From the NCBI RefSeq assembly GCF_009914755.1, contig NC_060937.1: a stretch of 64,000 nucleotides of DNA, one strand, 5' to 3'. Below are positions 32,115 to 46,788 of the stretch, piece after piece. The translations under genes and the position numbers were made by a program. Source of the DNA: the human T2T-CHM13v2.0 reference genome, Homo sapiens. Below the pieces are notes generated by a model that saw only the letters and a list, made by a program, of their open reading frames with translations, did no database searches and had not been told where the DNA came from. Positions within the stretch are counted from its first letter, which is position 1, and each line of letters opens with the position of its first letter.

Positions 32115-32197
32115 TTAAGTCAGTGCAAAATTAATTTTTAAAAGTAATGGCATTAAAAGTAATGGCAAAAAACACAATTACTTTTTCACTGACCTAA
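32115..32197. mobile_element. MADE1 (Hsmar1 MITE), internally rearranged
   Basis: TA-TTAAGTCAGTGCAAAATTAATT...AATTACTTTTTCACTGACCTAA-TA. Confidence 0.85.
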
Positions 32198-33495
32198 TAA
32201 TATACTAATATATATTATATCATTTATACATATACACACATGCATGCATGCAAATACTTTTGTTACTGGCTTCATTTACTCACACGTTTGTGAGATTCAT
32301 TCATGCTGTTGTATGTAGCAAGATTTACAGTATTACTCTGCAGTGTTCCATTTAATGAAAACACTGCAATTTATTCATTCTCCCAATGATAGACCTTTAG
32401 TTTATTTCTAATTTGAACATTCTTATACATGTATGCATGTATAATTGTGATGAAATTAAAAATTACAGTGCAACAACATGGAGATAGGCATTTGTTATGA
32501 AGAAGCAGGATATGAAATTGTATATATGCCATGACTGCAACTATTAATAAATTCATCCAACAACAAAAACTTGCAGCATCTCCTATGTGCCAGGCACTGT
32601 TCTAAGTACTGAGTTTCAATGGTGAAGACAATTATGGCCTCTGCATTCAAGGGACTTACAGAAAAGGAGGGAGGGAGGAATAGAAAGAGCTAGTGGTTAC
32701 ATGCCTGATGAGTATTTTAGAGCAGAGCTGCAGTAATCTAATGCAACTTTGCCTGTGACATTTGTATTAAGACTTAAAAGAAGAGAAGGGGTTAACTGGG
32801 GGAAGGAGCAGGGAGGGAACTGGGAGGAAGGGCATGCCAAGGAGGAGGTACAGAACATACGAAAGGCCCGAGGAGGGAAATAACACAGTGTGCACAAAAA
32901 ATAAGTCAAACCCAGTGTGCCTGGAACATGAAGAATGAAGAGGGGGATGCCACAGGCCTCAGCTGTGTCCATGCCTGTGGTAGTAGAGCAAACAGACAAA
33001 ACACCTGAGGTCATTGGTGGCCTTAAAATGAGCAATTTCAGTGGCAAGAGTAGAATGCAGACTAGGGTGGGTTAGGAAAGAGTAGAAGGTAAGGGCATCA
33101 ATATAAAAACTCATGAAGGAAATATATAAAAATATAAAGTTGTATACTAAGTTAGATGAGATTATGTATGTAAGTATATGTATACATAAACATCTTATAT
33201 ATAAATTACACGTATAAAATAGACGTATCATATGTACAGATGTTTAAAGAAAATTGAACTAGCATGTCTACATTTTTAAAAGATTTACATGAAAGCTAAA
33301 TGTTATTTTTAAGGTGGGATATACATACCAATTTTATTCTTAGCCTTTTCTAGATTATATTAATATCCTACATTTTAAAAATGTGGTACTTTTAATATAT
33401 CAGAGACACATTATATTCTCAATATTGCAAAATGCTGTGAAATGTAGGTGTAGGGATAACAAAGAATGGAGGATCCGAGGAGTCCTCATTACTAA

Positions 33496-33523
33496 ACACA
33501 CACACACACACACACACACACAC
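33496..33523. repeat. (AC)n microsatellite
   Basis: Directly visible. Confidence 0.95.
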
Positions 33524-35330
33524 TCATTTAATACAAAACACATGGTTTGGTGAGGTCAGTCACTCTGATGATTCAACTTTAGCCCCGAATCAGAGACAGT
33601 TAAGCATCTTCCAGTGTCCTCATGCTCCAGGATGAAAACAAAGTGGAGCTGACTGCCACAAACAAATGAGGGGAAGCTCATGTTTATGGGAATGGCTTCC
33701 TTCTTCAGGGAATGCGTACTTTTGCCAGAAATGCTCTCTACATATGTATGTATACTAAAGGCTGTATTATTTGAAAAGCCAAGGCAGAAGTAATTCAAGT
33801 AATGAGCAATATTTTGGGAAAGATTATTCTCTTCCTCATGAATTCTCGTATCGCTTGAACACTAGTTTTCTTGTGGTCCTTAATACTTTTTTTGTTCTTT
33901 GTATATGTCCCATCTCCGTTGGTTTGGTAACTCATTTCTAATTTCCTTCAGCACCAGACCTTTAAAACCAACTCGATAAGTTCTATTGAATGTATTTACA
34001 CGCACATTCATCCAGCATGGCAATGGATGAGGGTATAAACCTTTATTTCTTACAATTGTGTTTGCTTTTCCTCTTCAAACTTGCCTTGGTTTTCAATGTC
34101 TCCTTTGGCTACTAAGTCATTGCTGTTACTGGATTTGAAGAAATCTAACACAGCCAATATTGCATCAAACTTTGGTCCAAAGTCCTCTGAGTAATGAATA
34201 ATAATTTTGTCTACCCAGAATATTGGCCCAAGATTTGAACCAGCAACTCATATTAAATTCCTTTTCTGGACTAGTTTCATCTACAGCAGCAATGTCTTAT
34301 AATTAACACTATAATTATAATCACATAAGACTTTGTAATTAATTTCACTCTTGCACCCTCTATTCCCAAGAAACAGTGACTCATTATTTTTAATCTGCAA
34401 AACACACTTTATTTTTTAATTTTATATTTAATATAATGAGATACAAAATTAATTTATTCAGGGTCTTACAAAACAGAATTACTGAAACAAGACTAGAACA
34501 CAATTACTAAGTGCCAGGTCTTAGTGTTGTGTGACAGTCACTCTTCTAATAGTTAAAGTCATCCATCCATCCATTTATTCATTCAGTATCATTCTAGGCA
34601 CTGTGCTAAACACAATAAAGACACAATTAATGTTACTGCTTTCAGAGAGGTCACAGTTTGGTTGACAAATACAATAAAAATGGCAGATTTTTTTTAAGAG
34701 AATAATACATCCAATGATTAGAAATGTGTTGCTTTTTGCAAACGTATCTGTAGCTTCTTGATATTTGAACTGATAAAGGTTTTAGTACTTTCTATGAGAT
34801 GAAACTGTTGTTTCCCAAAGACAACTATCATGCCATCACCAATCTCAATCTGTCAAAGAAAATCTTACAGATATTGAAATAAAATAATTATAAATGAAAG
34901 CAGATGTGATAAATTAGAGCCCCATCTGATTGGCTTGCTGGGGCTTCCACAAAATTTCTAAGGCTCCTTGTAACACTGTTGAAAACCAATAAAGAAGAGT
35001 CACCATTCTTTCAAGTTCAAGCATCAATGTGTCGAACTAGTCAAATTTTTGTTAACTGTGAACATTAACTTACAGTCTAATAACTGAATCAAATCTGACT
35101 GATCTAAAAGTGATCTGCTTGTGGGTAAGTAAGAATACTCTATCAATATACGCCTCAGCAAGGCTTCCACAGCTCTGCAGGTTTATCACCATGTTATTTT
35201 GTTATTGTTGTTTCTTCATCTGTATAATATGCAGAATGCTTTCAGAAACTTTGAGTAATTTTACCCTCCTCTTCTCAAAAATCAAACAAATATTTTGAAA
35301 CTTCACCATGTATCATGACTGGAGATGCAG

Positions 35331-36190
35331 TGAGGAAGACAGAGGAGAAGCAGGTTTGTAAGTTAAATCCAAGTGAAATGTCTGAGTGAAATTATCATAA
35401 ATTGACCTCTCTCTCTCTCTCTCTCTCTCTTCTCTTTCTTCCACACACCCCCCAACAAAGAAAAGAAAATATCTGGAAGTCCTTTGGGTTCCCCAAAAGG
35501 TAATTATCATCTTACAGAGCTGCGCAGCCAGGCTTCTCCACAGCTGATTGTGATGAACGTTCTAATCTCACCCCCTTTAGGAGCTGTGGAGATGATCCAC
35601 TTTGACACTGAAGTGCTTTGACATCGACACTGACATTGGTGAGACAAACATAGCCCCTTCCCTAAAAGGAGTCACAGATGGAAATAAACACTGCTACGGA
35701 AGAGCATGTGAAGACTAGGCAAGTGCGAAAAAGCACAAGTTCATGATAGCCAGCATTCATACAATTGTCTTATAATTTGATTCAACAAATAATGGCTGTT
35801 ATCTATTATATGCCATAAACTATACTAGACTTAGAGAGACAAGAAATGAATACAAAACTACTCTCACTCTCAGGAAGCTCACAGTATAAGATATAATAAG
35901 GAAAAGACAAGCATGCAGATAGCATGCACTTCAGTGTCAAAGTGGATCACCTCCACAGCTCCTAAAGGGGGTAAGATTAGAATGCTTATCACAGTCAGGT
36001 ATGGAGAAGCCTGGCTGCACAGCTCAGTAGGATGATAATTATCTTTTGGCGAGCCCAGAGGACTTTCAGATATTTCCTTTTCTTTGGCGGGGTGGGAGAA
36101 AGAGAAAAAGAGAGGTCAATTTATAGTAATTTTACTCAGACATTTCACTTGGATTTAACTTACAAACTTGTTCCTCCTCCATCTTCCCCA
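35331..36190. repeat. Long inverted repeat: arms 35331-35616 and 35926-36190, ~310-bp spacer
   Basis: GATCCACTTTGACACTGAAGTGC vs GCACTTCAGTGTCAAAGTGGATC; GTTTGTAAGTTAAATCCAAGTGAAATGTCTGAGT vs ACTCAGACATTTCACTTGGATTTAACTTACAAAC; ~89% identity by eye. Confidence 0.95.
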
Positions 36191-39071
36191 ACCAGATAGA
36201 TTACTATCCATCCACCTGTCCCTTGTCCTTGACTCCTCACTCATCCCCACTACCATCCCATATCTAATAAATCACTTGATTCAATTTGCTTTAATAGCTC
36301 CTATTGTAAATGTATTTTGAATATATCTACTTCTCTCTGTCTTTCATGCCCAAGCACCTTATTTTTCTACACATCACTTATAAACATTATAATTAACTGT
36401 TTCCATAATTAGTTGTTTATACTACCTGTCTCTCAAATTATCCCATCCACCACAATCCCCTCATCTCAACTGTAATCTCCATGAGGCCAAGGACCATGCC
36501 TGCCTTGTTCACTACTGTATACTCAATACCTAGAGCAGGTTCTGACACAGAGTACAGCATGTGCTCAGTGAGGGAGGGAGGGAGGGAAGGAAGGAAGGAA
36601 GAAAGGAGTCAGTCAGTCCATCAAAACTCAGTAATAATCAGCTCTTCTGTTTAACTCCTTTATGATTAAGTAAAAAAATATAGATCGAAGTGTATACACA
36701 TTTTTCCAATTCACTGTAAGACAATATCATTATTTCACTGAAATAGTCCATTTAAACAATCAAATCAAAATAAATTCAAACGTTTGGGTTTACTGCATAT
36801 TATAATGGTCTGTTTAAAGATTAAAAACAGAACCACATATCCCTTCCAGAGTTGATACAATGCAGCAATAGAACCCAGTTGCTCACATTTTGAGTCTCCT
36901 AATTAATCTGCTGGTCTGTAAACACGTATAGCTTGTGCAATTGAATTTGCTATGCTCATATGGTGGCCCTGCCAAGCACCCAGCACATGACAGAGTACTT
37001 TCTGGACATGTGTACAAATGAATCCAATCTTAGCATCTGTGATATGCATTATTTAAGTCATCAGTTTATCCCTATGTTTATTTCATTTACAAGGAAATAC
37101 AATAACCTCTTGTGTCCACTTTTGGTTTGGAAGCATGGCCTCTGCTTGTCAAGACTGCCTCATAACATGGTCACATGGCGTATTTGACTGGTGCCAACAC
37201 TTCCCAGTTCTACCCACTTTGAAACAGAACTCAATTTCAACAATCCTTCTAAGGCGGGAGGGGCCTCCTGCTCATCTTTGAAAGAGTAGAACATTTGCTA
37301 TGATTTGGTAAACAGTAATGCTTCATACCCTGCCTGCCTGCTGCAGGAGGCTGCATATCACAAAACCCTAAATGCCACTTGAGGATTCGGCCTCCAGGCT
37401 GGATGCTCTTTATCCTGTCCAACTCTGCAATTCCCACCAAGCAAAGTCAACCTCATTATGGTTCATTCCATCTGCCTCTAGTCTTGGAAAAGGTTAAAAT
37501 TTTGCAGAAGCTTAATGAACCATGTCCTGCCCTGAGAAATACAGATCTGTTATTGCTTTGCACAGAAATGAAACAAGTGGAATAAAAACAGGAGTGGATC
37601 ATATGAGTCACAGGATGTGGGTGAAGATCTTAAATCAAATTAAGAACCTAAGTACTAATTCACTGACCTGAAAACCAGGAAATTTGAGGTCAAGATCCTG
37701 CTCTTCACCAATGAGCTGCATGAACTTGAGCAGATCATGAAATCGGGGCCTCGTTTTCTCACCTCTAAAATGGGAATAATAATTTCTGTCCTACTGTCCC
37801 TCCAGGACTGATACAAGGATGAGATGATAAATGTAAAAGCCCTCCAAAACTCTAAAGAAAACCGTAAACTGAAAGATATTCTAAGACAGAGAAAAACCCC
37901 AATATCACTCCTACCAGGAACTAGAAGGGAGTAGGTGGGTTCCTTTGCAACAAATCTGTTCTTTTAGGCGAATATTAAATTAGCATTTCTTGAGTATGCT
38001 TCTGTGTTTTAAGAACAAGTTTTTAGAATGAGGAAGGACAAAAAAGGAAAGAGCTTATGATTCCAAGTTTCCTACAGAAACTTGGATTCATTCATTCACA
38101 TGTTTCTGCACTCATTCAAGAAGCAGTCGTTCAATTCCACAACTGTTTCTTGAGCACTTACTGTGCTCTAACCACTGTGCTAGCCACCGTGGATACTATA
38201 CAGATAAAGGCAGTCCTCAATTCCTGCCCTGTGGATCTTACATCAGACCATTTTTTGCAATCAAAGAACAAACTAGATGTATTTTCCACCCTGAAGTAGT
38301 TATAAACTAGCAGAAAAGGAAGTGGCCCTAAAATAAAATAGAATCATTTTCAGAGGACTCTGCTTTTAGGAGCAAGGGAAAGAGATAAATGAATCCATCA
38401 GTCTTTCTTTTGGATCAGCACACAGAATCAACATTAGCACACAGACATGCTTTAATAGCTCCCACCATAAACCCTCTCTTGAGCCTATTCTCTTTTGCAG
38501 CTAAACTTCTTACAACACTTGCCTGTGGTCGCTGCCTCCATTTCCTTAACACACTTGCCCCTCCTCAAACCGAATTGGTTGGGAATCTCTCCCCACCACC
38601 TTCTTGAGGCAGCTCTTGGCCAGGCCCCCAGTGTCCTTCGCTTTCTCAAATCAATTGGTGACATCTCTGGTCTTATCGCATCATCATTTGAAATAATTAA
38701 CTACTTTCTCCTTCTAGAAAGGAGGTTGGTTTATTTTTGTTAACTTCCCTAACACCATGATCTCATACTTTTCTGTCTGTCTTACTGGTCACTGCAGTCT
38801 TATTTGCTGGTTTCTCATCCTCTTGTAAACCTTTAATGCAGGCATAGCCCTGGCATCTGTCTTGGGCTTCCTTCTCTACCTAAACACTCTTCTTGAGTGA
38901 CTTCATCCTGTATCATGGCTGTAATTATCTGGTTACACTATATTTGGTTCTGTCTCTCTCTCTCGATCTATGGATTCATAACTATATCTAGTGATTACAT
39001 ATCACCAACACTGACTTTCTTCTGTACTCCAGAACTATGTATCCAACTACTATTGACATTTCTACTTATTT

Positions 39072-39429
39072 TTCTTTTTTTCTTTTTTCTTTCTTACTTC
39101 TTCTTCTTCTTCTTTTTTTTTTTTTTTTTTTTTTTTTGAGACAGGGTCTTACTTTGTCACTCAGGCTGGAGTGCAGTGACTCGATCGTGGTTCACTGCAG
39201 CCTTGACCTCCAGGTTCAAGTGATCCTCCCACCTCAGCCTCTTGAGTAGCTGGGACTACAGTCACATGCCACCAAGCCTAGCTAATTTTTTATTTTATTT
39301 TTTATTTTTATAGAGACAGAGCGTCTCACTACGTTACCAGGCTGGTCTAGAACTCTTGGGCTCAAGTGACACTTCTGCCTCGGCCTCCCAAAATATTGGG
39401 ATTACTGGCATGACCCAATGCACTCAGCC
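39072..39429 (-). mobile_element. AluJ with long compound tail
   Basis: GAGACAGGGTCTTACTTTGTC...CACTGCAGCCTTGACCTCC; flanks TCTACTTATTT / TCTACTTACTT. Confidence 0.93.
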
Positions 39430-39989
39430 TCTACTTACTTCATTTACAAGCATATCAGATTTAACATGGCCAAAACAGACCTCCTGTTCCACCCCCCACT
39501 GAAGCCTGCACCTGCCCTAAGTTCCCTGTCTTGATACTCAAGCCAGAAACTAGGATTTTCCTTGCTTCTCCTCTTGTGCTTTCTCCCCATCCCCAGCCCA
39601 TCAGCAAGTCTTATTGACTCTATCGCCAAAACCCATCCTGAGTCTGCCCCAAGTGCTCCATCCTCATTGACCTCATCTCCCTCTCCCGCTTCTCTCCAGC
39701 CACACCAGCCTTTGTTCTGTTCTCAAATGTACAGATTCGCCTCTGCCTCTGCACAAGCAGCTTCCTCTGGGTGTAATGTTCATCCCTCTTCTTTTTGCAT
39801 GGCTGGCTCCTTTTCACTCAGATCTCAAATTAAATGTCACCTCTTCAGAGGTGTCTTCATGAACACCCTATCAAAAGTTGTCACCCAGGTATTTCTTGTC
39901 TGTTGCTCTATTTTAACATTATAAAATATTTATCTACTTACTATTACAAAATATTAAATATCTTATATAATATAAAATTAATAAATATT

Positions 39990-40289
<300 letters not shown>

Positions 40290-43200
40290 TTAACAGTCAC
40301 CCTTCTACTTCTTATATCAGCTATTTGTCTATCACCTGTCCCCTTCCACTAGAATTTAAGCTCCAAAAGAAGGGACGTTGCTGGCTTTGTTCACAGCTGT
40401 ATCCCTGGTGCCTAGAAGAGAACATAGAACAAGCTGATATACATTTATTGAACATATAAAAAAATGTGGAAGACAGACCCACATTAAGAGAGTTGAGTCC
40501 TCCAGGTTCTGGTTACATGAGTTTACTTCCTGTTGCTGCCTCTCAAACCTGATATACTTTGACACTATTTTGGCACCTGGTGGTGCCATTTTTATTTAAC
40601 TCATTCATCTCTGCTTGCAGAATTTGTATGTCCTATTTTAATGTTCAATAATGCTGGTAGATAATGAGGTGGAAATAAAACATGAAGGGAGTAAAAATGT
40701 CCAATATTTTGTTTCTAGACGGTGAGTCTTTGGGGAGAGTCACACAAAAAAAAAAACTCTTAAAGATAAAATACACAGATATTTGAATGAATCCTAATAT
40801 AATAGCATTCTGGTTTCATGTACTGATATTTTGTTCCATTTACTTCAAGATTTTGAGTTCTATGGCTGTATCTTAAAAAGATCTCTTTTCTCATGGAGAG
40901 TCCATTTTATTCAATATATTGAGCAATGACTCAGACACTGTGCAGAGCAGAAGGGCACATTCCTGTGTCCTGCTCACCCAATCCTGTGGCTATGAGATAC
41001 ACTGCTCTTCTTTATCGCACTTTGTCAGTAAAGTCCAGATAAGGCCTCAGGATCTTTCTCAACACAGTGTCCTGGAGAACCATTACCAATGATCATCACT
41101 TGCAAGCAAGATGATACCTAATTGCTATCCCTGGTTTAGATGAAATGAAGACTGGATTTAATGAATCTATAATTAATGAAGTGAATATTATATTTAAGAC
41201 TAGTTTTGCTCTGGAGTCTTGAGGTCTTGCAGAGGCTTGATAAATAACCTGTGTTGATTTATCAGAAACTTCCAACCAACAGGAAACTAGCCTGGCAGCC
41301 TTGCTGACCAGCAGACTGTGCCCTGGCCTACTCCTCACCGGGAAGACATGGTTATGCTGCTGATATCCCTGTCTTAGCTGGTTCACCTTGGAGGGTCCAC
41401 TCACATCTGCATGTTTCACAATACTTTTGTCATCCTCAAACTACATGCAAGATGGTTTTGTGGAAAGAGAGTGGGCACGTGGGTGGGAGTCATGGCTTAT
41501 AGGTGATGGGCCTTGCTTCACCTCTTGGAGACATTTTTCATCTTCAGCAAGGGAAAAAGAGCACCTACCTTGCAGGGCTATTGTGAGGATTAGAGGTAAC
41601 ATTTAGAAAGTGTCTGTCATATAGTAGGTATTCAATGAATGCTATAAATGTATAAGCTGAGAATGAATTTGGAATATGCAGCTATAAAAAGAAGCAGAGG
41701 CACTAAATTGCCTCGTTCATGATCATTGTTGTGTGGTCAATTCAGCCTCTGGGGGCCACAAATGTCCACAGACTTTGTGAGGACATCTGTGATTAAAAAA
41801 AGGTGGGGGGAGGGGGGAAGAATGTCATCGGGCAATGGGGCTGGAGTGGAGGGTGGCAGAAAAATCAGAGGTGAAACCAAACCCTGAAATGCCACCCTCC
41901 ATTTAAGTAATTGGAGTGTCTGTGCTGTTCTCAGTCCATTCTAAGTAAAATAATGCAATGAATCAGATGCGGTGATGAGAGTGTAGGTGCTGATTTTAGT
42001 TTCCATTTTGTTATTGTCTATTAAGAGCCACAGGAAATGGTAAGCCCCAGTCTCTCTTCCAAGTTGGAGCATGTGGAAGCAGCAGAACATGCTGATCCCA
42101 ATTCTACCTCCTAGACATCCCCCTCAGCCACCACGACAAAATGTAAAGATAGATCTTGCTTCCCAAGGAGCCCATGGGAAAGCACTCTGATTAGAGGCAA
42201 AGTAGCGCTGTAATCAGCCTTCCATCATAGTCAGGGGATGCTGTTTTGGCAGGAGAGGAGATCTCAGTGCAGCGTATAAAAGTCAGGCTGTGTCATGTAT
42301 AGCCACAAGCCCCTGACAGTCCAACACCCCCATTATGTAAACACACATCCGCTCTTACCCAGAGTTCTCCAGTCCTGTCGAGGGCTTTTTCCATCCATAG
42401 GAACCAAGGCTATTGCACATTCTCAGCAGAAACATGTTTTTAACAGAAAATTAAGTCACGATAATGAGAGAATTTTATCCACCTTTCTTGAAAATGTACC
42501 AGGGGAATAAGCTCCCAGGACAGTTCTTGATTTATGATTAATACAAATCATCACAGAGGCTGTGATTTAGAAATGATGCCCTTCATCACGGAAAGGAAGT
42601 TCATGAGACTCAGCAAATGACCTGAGTTTCAAGTGGAAACTTCTCTACCCTTCTGCCTAAGAGCCTGCTCTCGCTCTTTGTAACAGGCTGCACACTGCTG
42701 AGAGTGACTACGACAAAGAACACATTCAGATTTAGAATCACTGGACTCCAATGGCATTGGAAGATGGTGAGGCTGTTACAGGTTAGCAAGAGTATTGCAG
42801 GTCAAGCCCAAGGCCAAGGGGTCAGCCAAGAAAGAGAACATGCACCATATTTCTCTTTTACCTCCCTATGGCTCTGAGAAGGGCAGTCTATCGTTTTTCT
42901 GAATGTTATACTCACTAGCTTGACCTAAGAATGTACAAATAAAAAGCTAAATGAGAGAGTCCTATACAGTCATTGATTTTTTTAGAAGCAGCCATGACCT
43001 CAGGCTTAAAAAATGTTTTTCAAATCATAGAGCCATAGATCTGTTAGAAACCTGGAGTAGAGCATTATCCTACGGAGAATGCATGCCAACCCTCCTGCCT
43101 GGTTTTATAGTCTCTTTATTGGAAGAAATTCTACAACAGCCTTCATGGAATATTCTAAGCCTTAATGGCTTCTCAGTAAAAAGGCACTGCATCATGTCTA

Positions 43201-43910
43201 ATTTAAGCCTTCCTTACCATAACCAAATAAGAAAAAGAACAATGCAATAACAGCTGCAGTAGCAAGAAAAAGAACAATTGGCTAGGGTATAATGTGCAGA
43301 AGTTTTAGAAGTGTTTTTTTTCTGCTGATCAAATCCGTATCTTACGGACTGCATGCAGCATGTTCCCTTAGCATCTTCTTATTAAGACACTTAGAAACTA
43401 AGAAACTTCTGGTGAGAGTTTCTCAGCTTTTCTTTGTTTTTTCATCACCTTGACCTTGACAATTGTGAGGAGTATTAGTCAAGTATTTTGTACTATGTCC
43501 CCTAACCTGGGTTGACCTGTTCCTTTTCTTATAAGACTGAGGTTACAGGTCTTAGGAAAGAATATCACAAAGATGAAGTACCCTTCCCATCACATCATAT
43601 CTGGAGTACACGGCAGCCATATGGTATCACCTATTACCTTAACCTTGCCTTAAGCTTGGTCACCTGGTTAAGGTCATGTTCACCCGGTTTCTCCATTGTC
43701 AAGTTTCTATTTTTCCCTTTCCATACTCTGTTCTCTGAAAGCAAGTCACTGTGCCTACCCCACACTCACATACACTCCCTACCCCCACAACACACATACT
43801 TCTTTTTAACCATCTAATTAGTTTGGCTGCAATTTTGGGGGGACCTTCCTGTATTCCCCATATCTCTTCCCAAAGTTTGTCTGTAAAAGGAATATAATAC
43901 TTTCATATGG

Positions 43911-44276
43911 TGTCTTAGTCAGTTCAGGTTGCTATAACAAAGTGCTACAAACAGATGGTTTATAAACAACAGAAATGTATTTCTTAGAGTTCTGGAGGCT
44001 AGAAGTCTGAGATCAGGGTGTCAGCAGGGTTGGGTTCTACTGAGGCCCCTCTTCCGGGTTGCAGACTATTGTCTTCTCATAGTATTCTCACATGATGGAA
44101 AGAGAGCAAGAGAGCTCCTAGGGTCTCTTTTATAAGGGCACTAATTCCTTTCATGAGGGCTCCACCCTTATGACCCACTCACCTCCCAAAGGCCCCACCT
44201 CCTAATACCATCACACTGTGGATTAGGACTTCAACATATGAATTTTGGTGGGGACACACACATTCAGTCCATAATA
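43911..44276 (-). mobile_element. MLT1A0-like solo LTR
   Basis: TGTCTTAGTCAGTTCAGGTTGCTATAACAAAG...ACATTCAGTCCATA; TSD TATGG/CATGG. Confidence 0.9.
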
Positions 44277-44309
44277 CATGGATTTGATCAACAGAATAAA
44301 TATATTATT

Positions 44310-45462
44310 ATTTTTAAATTTTTAATTGCTATATTTAATTGCTATATTATAATATTTAATTGCTATACTGTACATACTTTGGGGTACATGTGATATTGTG
44401 ATACATGTATACAATGTGTAATGATCAAATCAGGGTAACTGGGATATCCATCACCTCAAACATTTTTTTCTTTGTGTTGGAATGATTACAATTCTCCTAG
44501 CTATTTTGAAATATACAATAAATTATTGTCAACTGTAATTTTCCTACTATACCACTGAACACTAGAACTTATTCCTTCTATCTAAATGTATTTTCATGCC
44601 CTTTAACCAAGTTTTCTTCTTCCCCTCACCTCTTTCCTTTCCCAGCCTCTGGTAATCACCACTGTACTCTCTACTGCCACAAGATCCACTTTTTTAGCTC
44701 CCACATATGAGTGAGAGCAATATTTATCTTTCTGTGCCTAGCTTATTTCATTTAACATACAACCTCCAGTTCCATCCATTTTGCTGGAAATGACAGGAAA
44801 TTCTTTTAATGGCTGAATAATATTCCATTGTGTGTATATACCACATTTTCTTTATCCATTCACCACTGATGGACACTTAGGTTGACTCTACATATTGGCT
44901 ATTGCAAATAGTGCTGCAATAAACATGGGAGTGTAGCTATCTCTTCAATATATTGATTTCTTTTCTTTTGGATATATGCCCAGCAGTGGGATTGCTGGAT
45001 CATACGGTAGTTCTGTTTTTAGTGTTTTCAGGAATCTTCATACTATTTTCCATAGTGGCTGCACTAATTTACATTCCCACCAACAGTGTAGGAGCGTTTC
45101 CCTTTCTCCATCTCCTCACCAATATTTGTTACTTTTTGACTTTTTTCTAATAGCCATTCTGACTGGGGTGAGATAATATCTCATTGTGATTTTGATATGC
45201 ATTTCTCTGATGGTTAGTGATACTGAGCATTTTTTCATATACTTATTGGCCATTTGTATGTCTTTGCTTGAGAAATGTCTAATCAGGTCTTTTGCCCATT
45301 TTTTAAATTGAATTATTTGGTTTTTTGCTATTGAATTGTTTGAGTTTCTTATATATTCTGTTACTAATCCCTTATAGGACAGAAAGTTCACAAATAATTT
45401 CTCCCATTCTGTAGGATGCCTCTTCACTTTGTTCATTGTTTGCTGTGCAGAAGCTTTTTCAG
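44310..45462 (-). mobile_element. L1MA 3' end (ORF2 C-terminus + 3'UTR)
   Basis: ORF 45116-45538(-) KVKRHPTEWEKLF...[51 protein letters not shown] is the L1 ORF2 C-terminus. Confidence 0.93.
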
Positions 45463-46106
45463 AATACACAGTTTTTAAACTTCTGCATATTATACCCTGG
45501 TCAATTGTTCTTTTTCTTCTTAGGCTACTCCACTCCATAATTCTTTTCAGCTATTAGAAATTCACATCATAAATATTTTCTGATCTCTTTTTCTCAAAGT
45601 ATATTTTAAAACATAGGACAAGAAAATGATCTTAGATCTTTTAAGAAACATCAGGAAAAAAAATAATAATAAGAGACCCAGGCTGTGAAATATAAGACGC
45701 ATTAATGAAGTATTTTTAGCAACACTGACGCAATGGAAAAATTAAAATGGAATTTAAAGTTCCGAATGAGTGGGTTGAAGCAGGGGCACAAACATACTGA
45801 AGTGTAGGTGGCAGAACAGTCACAGGGAGAGAAATGCAAAATGCGGAGCTCTGTTTTCAAAGGAGTTTCCCTTCTATGGTTGTGTAAGTGAAAAGAAACA
45901 TCAGACATTGTCATGATTGGATTGGCATTGAGTAGAAGGTTGGAACAGACTGGCCACTAAGATCAATTAATCTAACTTTAATAATTTCGTGATTCTACAG
46001 CTTTCAAATTAACTGGAAATTTACCAGATTAATGCTTTTGTTGATACTGTGTCCATCTTGCCCAGACTAATTTTTCCTGGTGTTTACCTTGCAGAACACA
46101 AAGATC

Positions 46107-46546
<440 letters not shown>

Positions 46547-46555
46547 CTATAGATT

Positions 46556-46788
46556 AGGGATCAGCAAATTTGTCCCGTGAAGGACCAGATAGTAAATATT
46601 TTAGGCTTTGTGGGTTATATAGGGTCTTCTTCTCCTCTTCCTCTTCTCCCTTCCCCTTCTCTCCCTCCTCCTCCTTCCACTTCTTCACAACCCTTTAAAA
46701 ATATAATGAATATTCTTAGCTTGGAAGTTGTACAAAAACAGGCTGTGGGCCATGTTTGGCCCATGGACTGGTAGTTTGCCCACTCCTT
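46556..46788 (+). mobile_element. MER58 (hAT-Charlie)
   Basis: GTGAAGGACCAGATAGTAAATATTTTAGGCTTTGTGGG...GTAGTTTGCCCACTCC. Confidence 0.85.

Noticed and set aside
45116-45538. 140-aa ORF
   Set aside because: L1 ORF2 C-terminal remnant of a 5'-truncated L1MA
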